From: a virus
Lineage: Duplodnaviria > Caudoviricetes
DNA length: 24,081 bases
IMG/VR virus record: IMGVR_UViG_3300025018_000526
Span: 1 to 24,081 of that record
Reading direction: 5' to 3' (one strand)
Positions within the stretch are counted from its first letter, which is position 1. Each line of letters opens with the position of its first letter. The notes under the pieces are model-generated. The model was given only the letters and a program-made list of their open reading frames with translations, made no database searches and had not been told where the DNA came from. Both the position numbers and the translations under genes were made by a program. This document shows, in pieces, positions 23,915 through 24,081 of the stretch.

Positions 23915-24081
23915 ATGAGTAAGAACAAAAACAACAAAAAAATAGAAATTAAAGAGGAAAAAATAGAAATTAAAACAGATAAAAAAGCGGAAAAAGTAAT
24001 TTTAACCGCTACCAAGAACACATTCCTAGCAGATGGCACATTCGTTAAGCAAGGCGATAAGGTCGAATTGTCAAGGGAATA
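23915..24081 (+). CDS. Partial hypothetical protein running off the window
   Basis: MSKNKNNKKIEIKEEK...KQGDKVELSRE, open to the window end. Confidence 0.55.
   Translation, partial: MSKNKNNKKIEIKEEKIEIKTDKKAEKVILTATKNTFLADGTFVKQGDKVELSRE

Noticed and set aside
67-24039. All minus-strand ORFs in the track (e.g. 3948-4499, 4129-4665, 6836-7327, 9949-10341, 16558-16863)
   Set aside because: They lie antisense to well-supported + genes, are F/L/S-rich shadows of A-rich codons, and carry no recognisable motifs.

Overview
24 kb of a tailed dsDNA (sipho-like) phage or prophage. All credible genes are on the + strand, use genetic code 11, and start in AT-rich contexts without Shine-Dalgarno sequences, which suggests (by inference) a Patescibacteria/CPR-like host. 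Gene order: small early genes (TM2, HNH-like, VRR-NUC, SWIM); replication initiator with internal iterons; methylation module (split dual-frame C5 methyltransferase, intein-containing ParB-N6/N4 methyltransferase, KhpA-like KH protein, Zn-ribbon protein, three structured non-coding domains, MetK); TerS, TerL, portal, minor head protein; a BppU-like gene, a GxVGIGT-repeat fibre and a tyrosine recombinase inserted in the head module; scaffold, major capsid and head-tail joining genes. The four most notable signals: (1) an intein whose HNH endonuclease is a separate nested gene in another frame, with its own sigma70-type promoter inside the intein codons; (2) a tyrosine recombinase next to a fibre gene whose in-frame repeats carry palindromic CGTCG-N9-CGACG sites, a candidate cassette-shuffling system; (3) a C5 MTase encoded by two frames overlapping by 737 nt and joinable at a G7 tract; (4) three tandem stem-closed RNA-like domains between the KH gene and metK. 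All family calls come from motif reading, not database searches.
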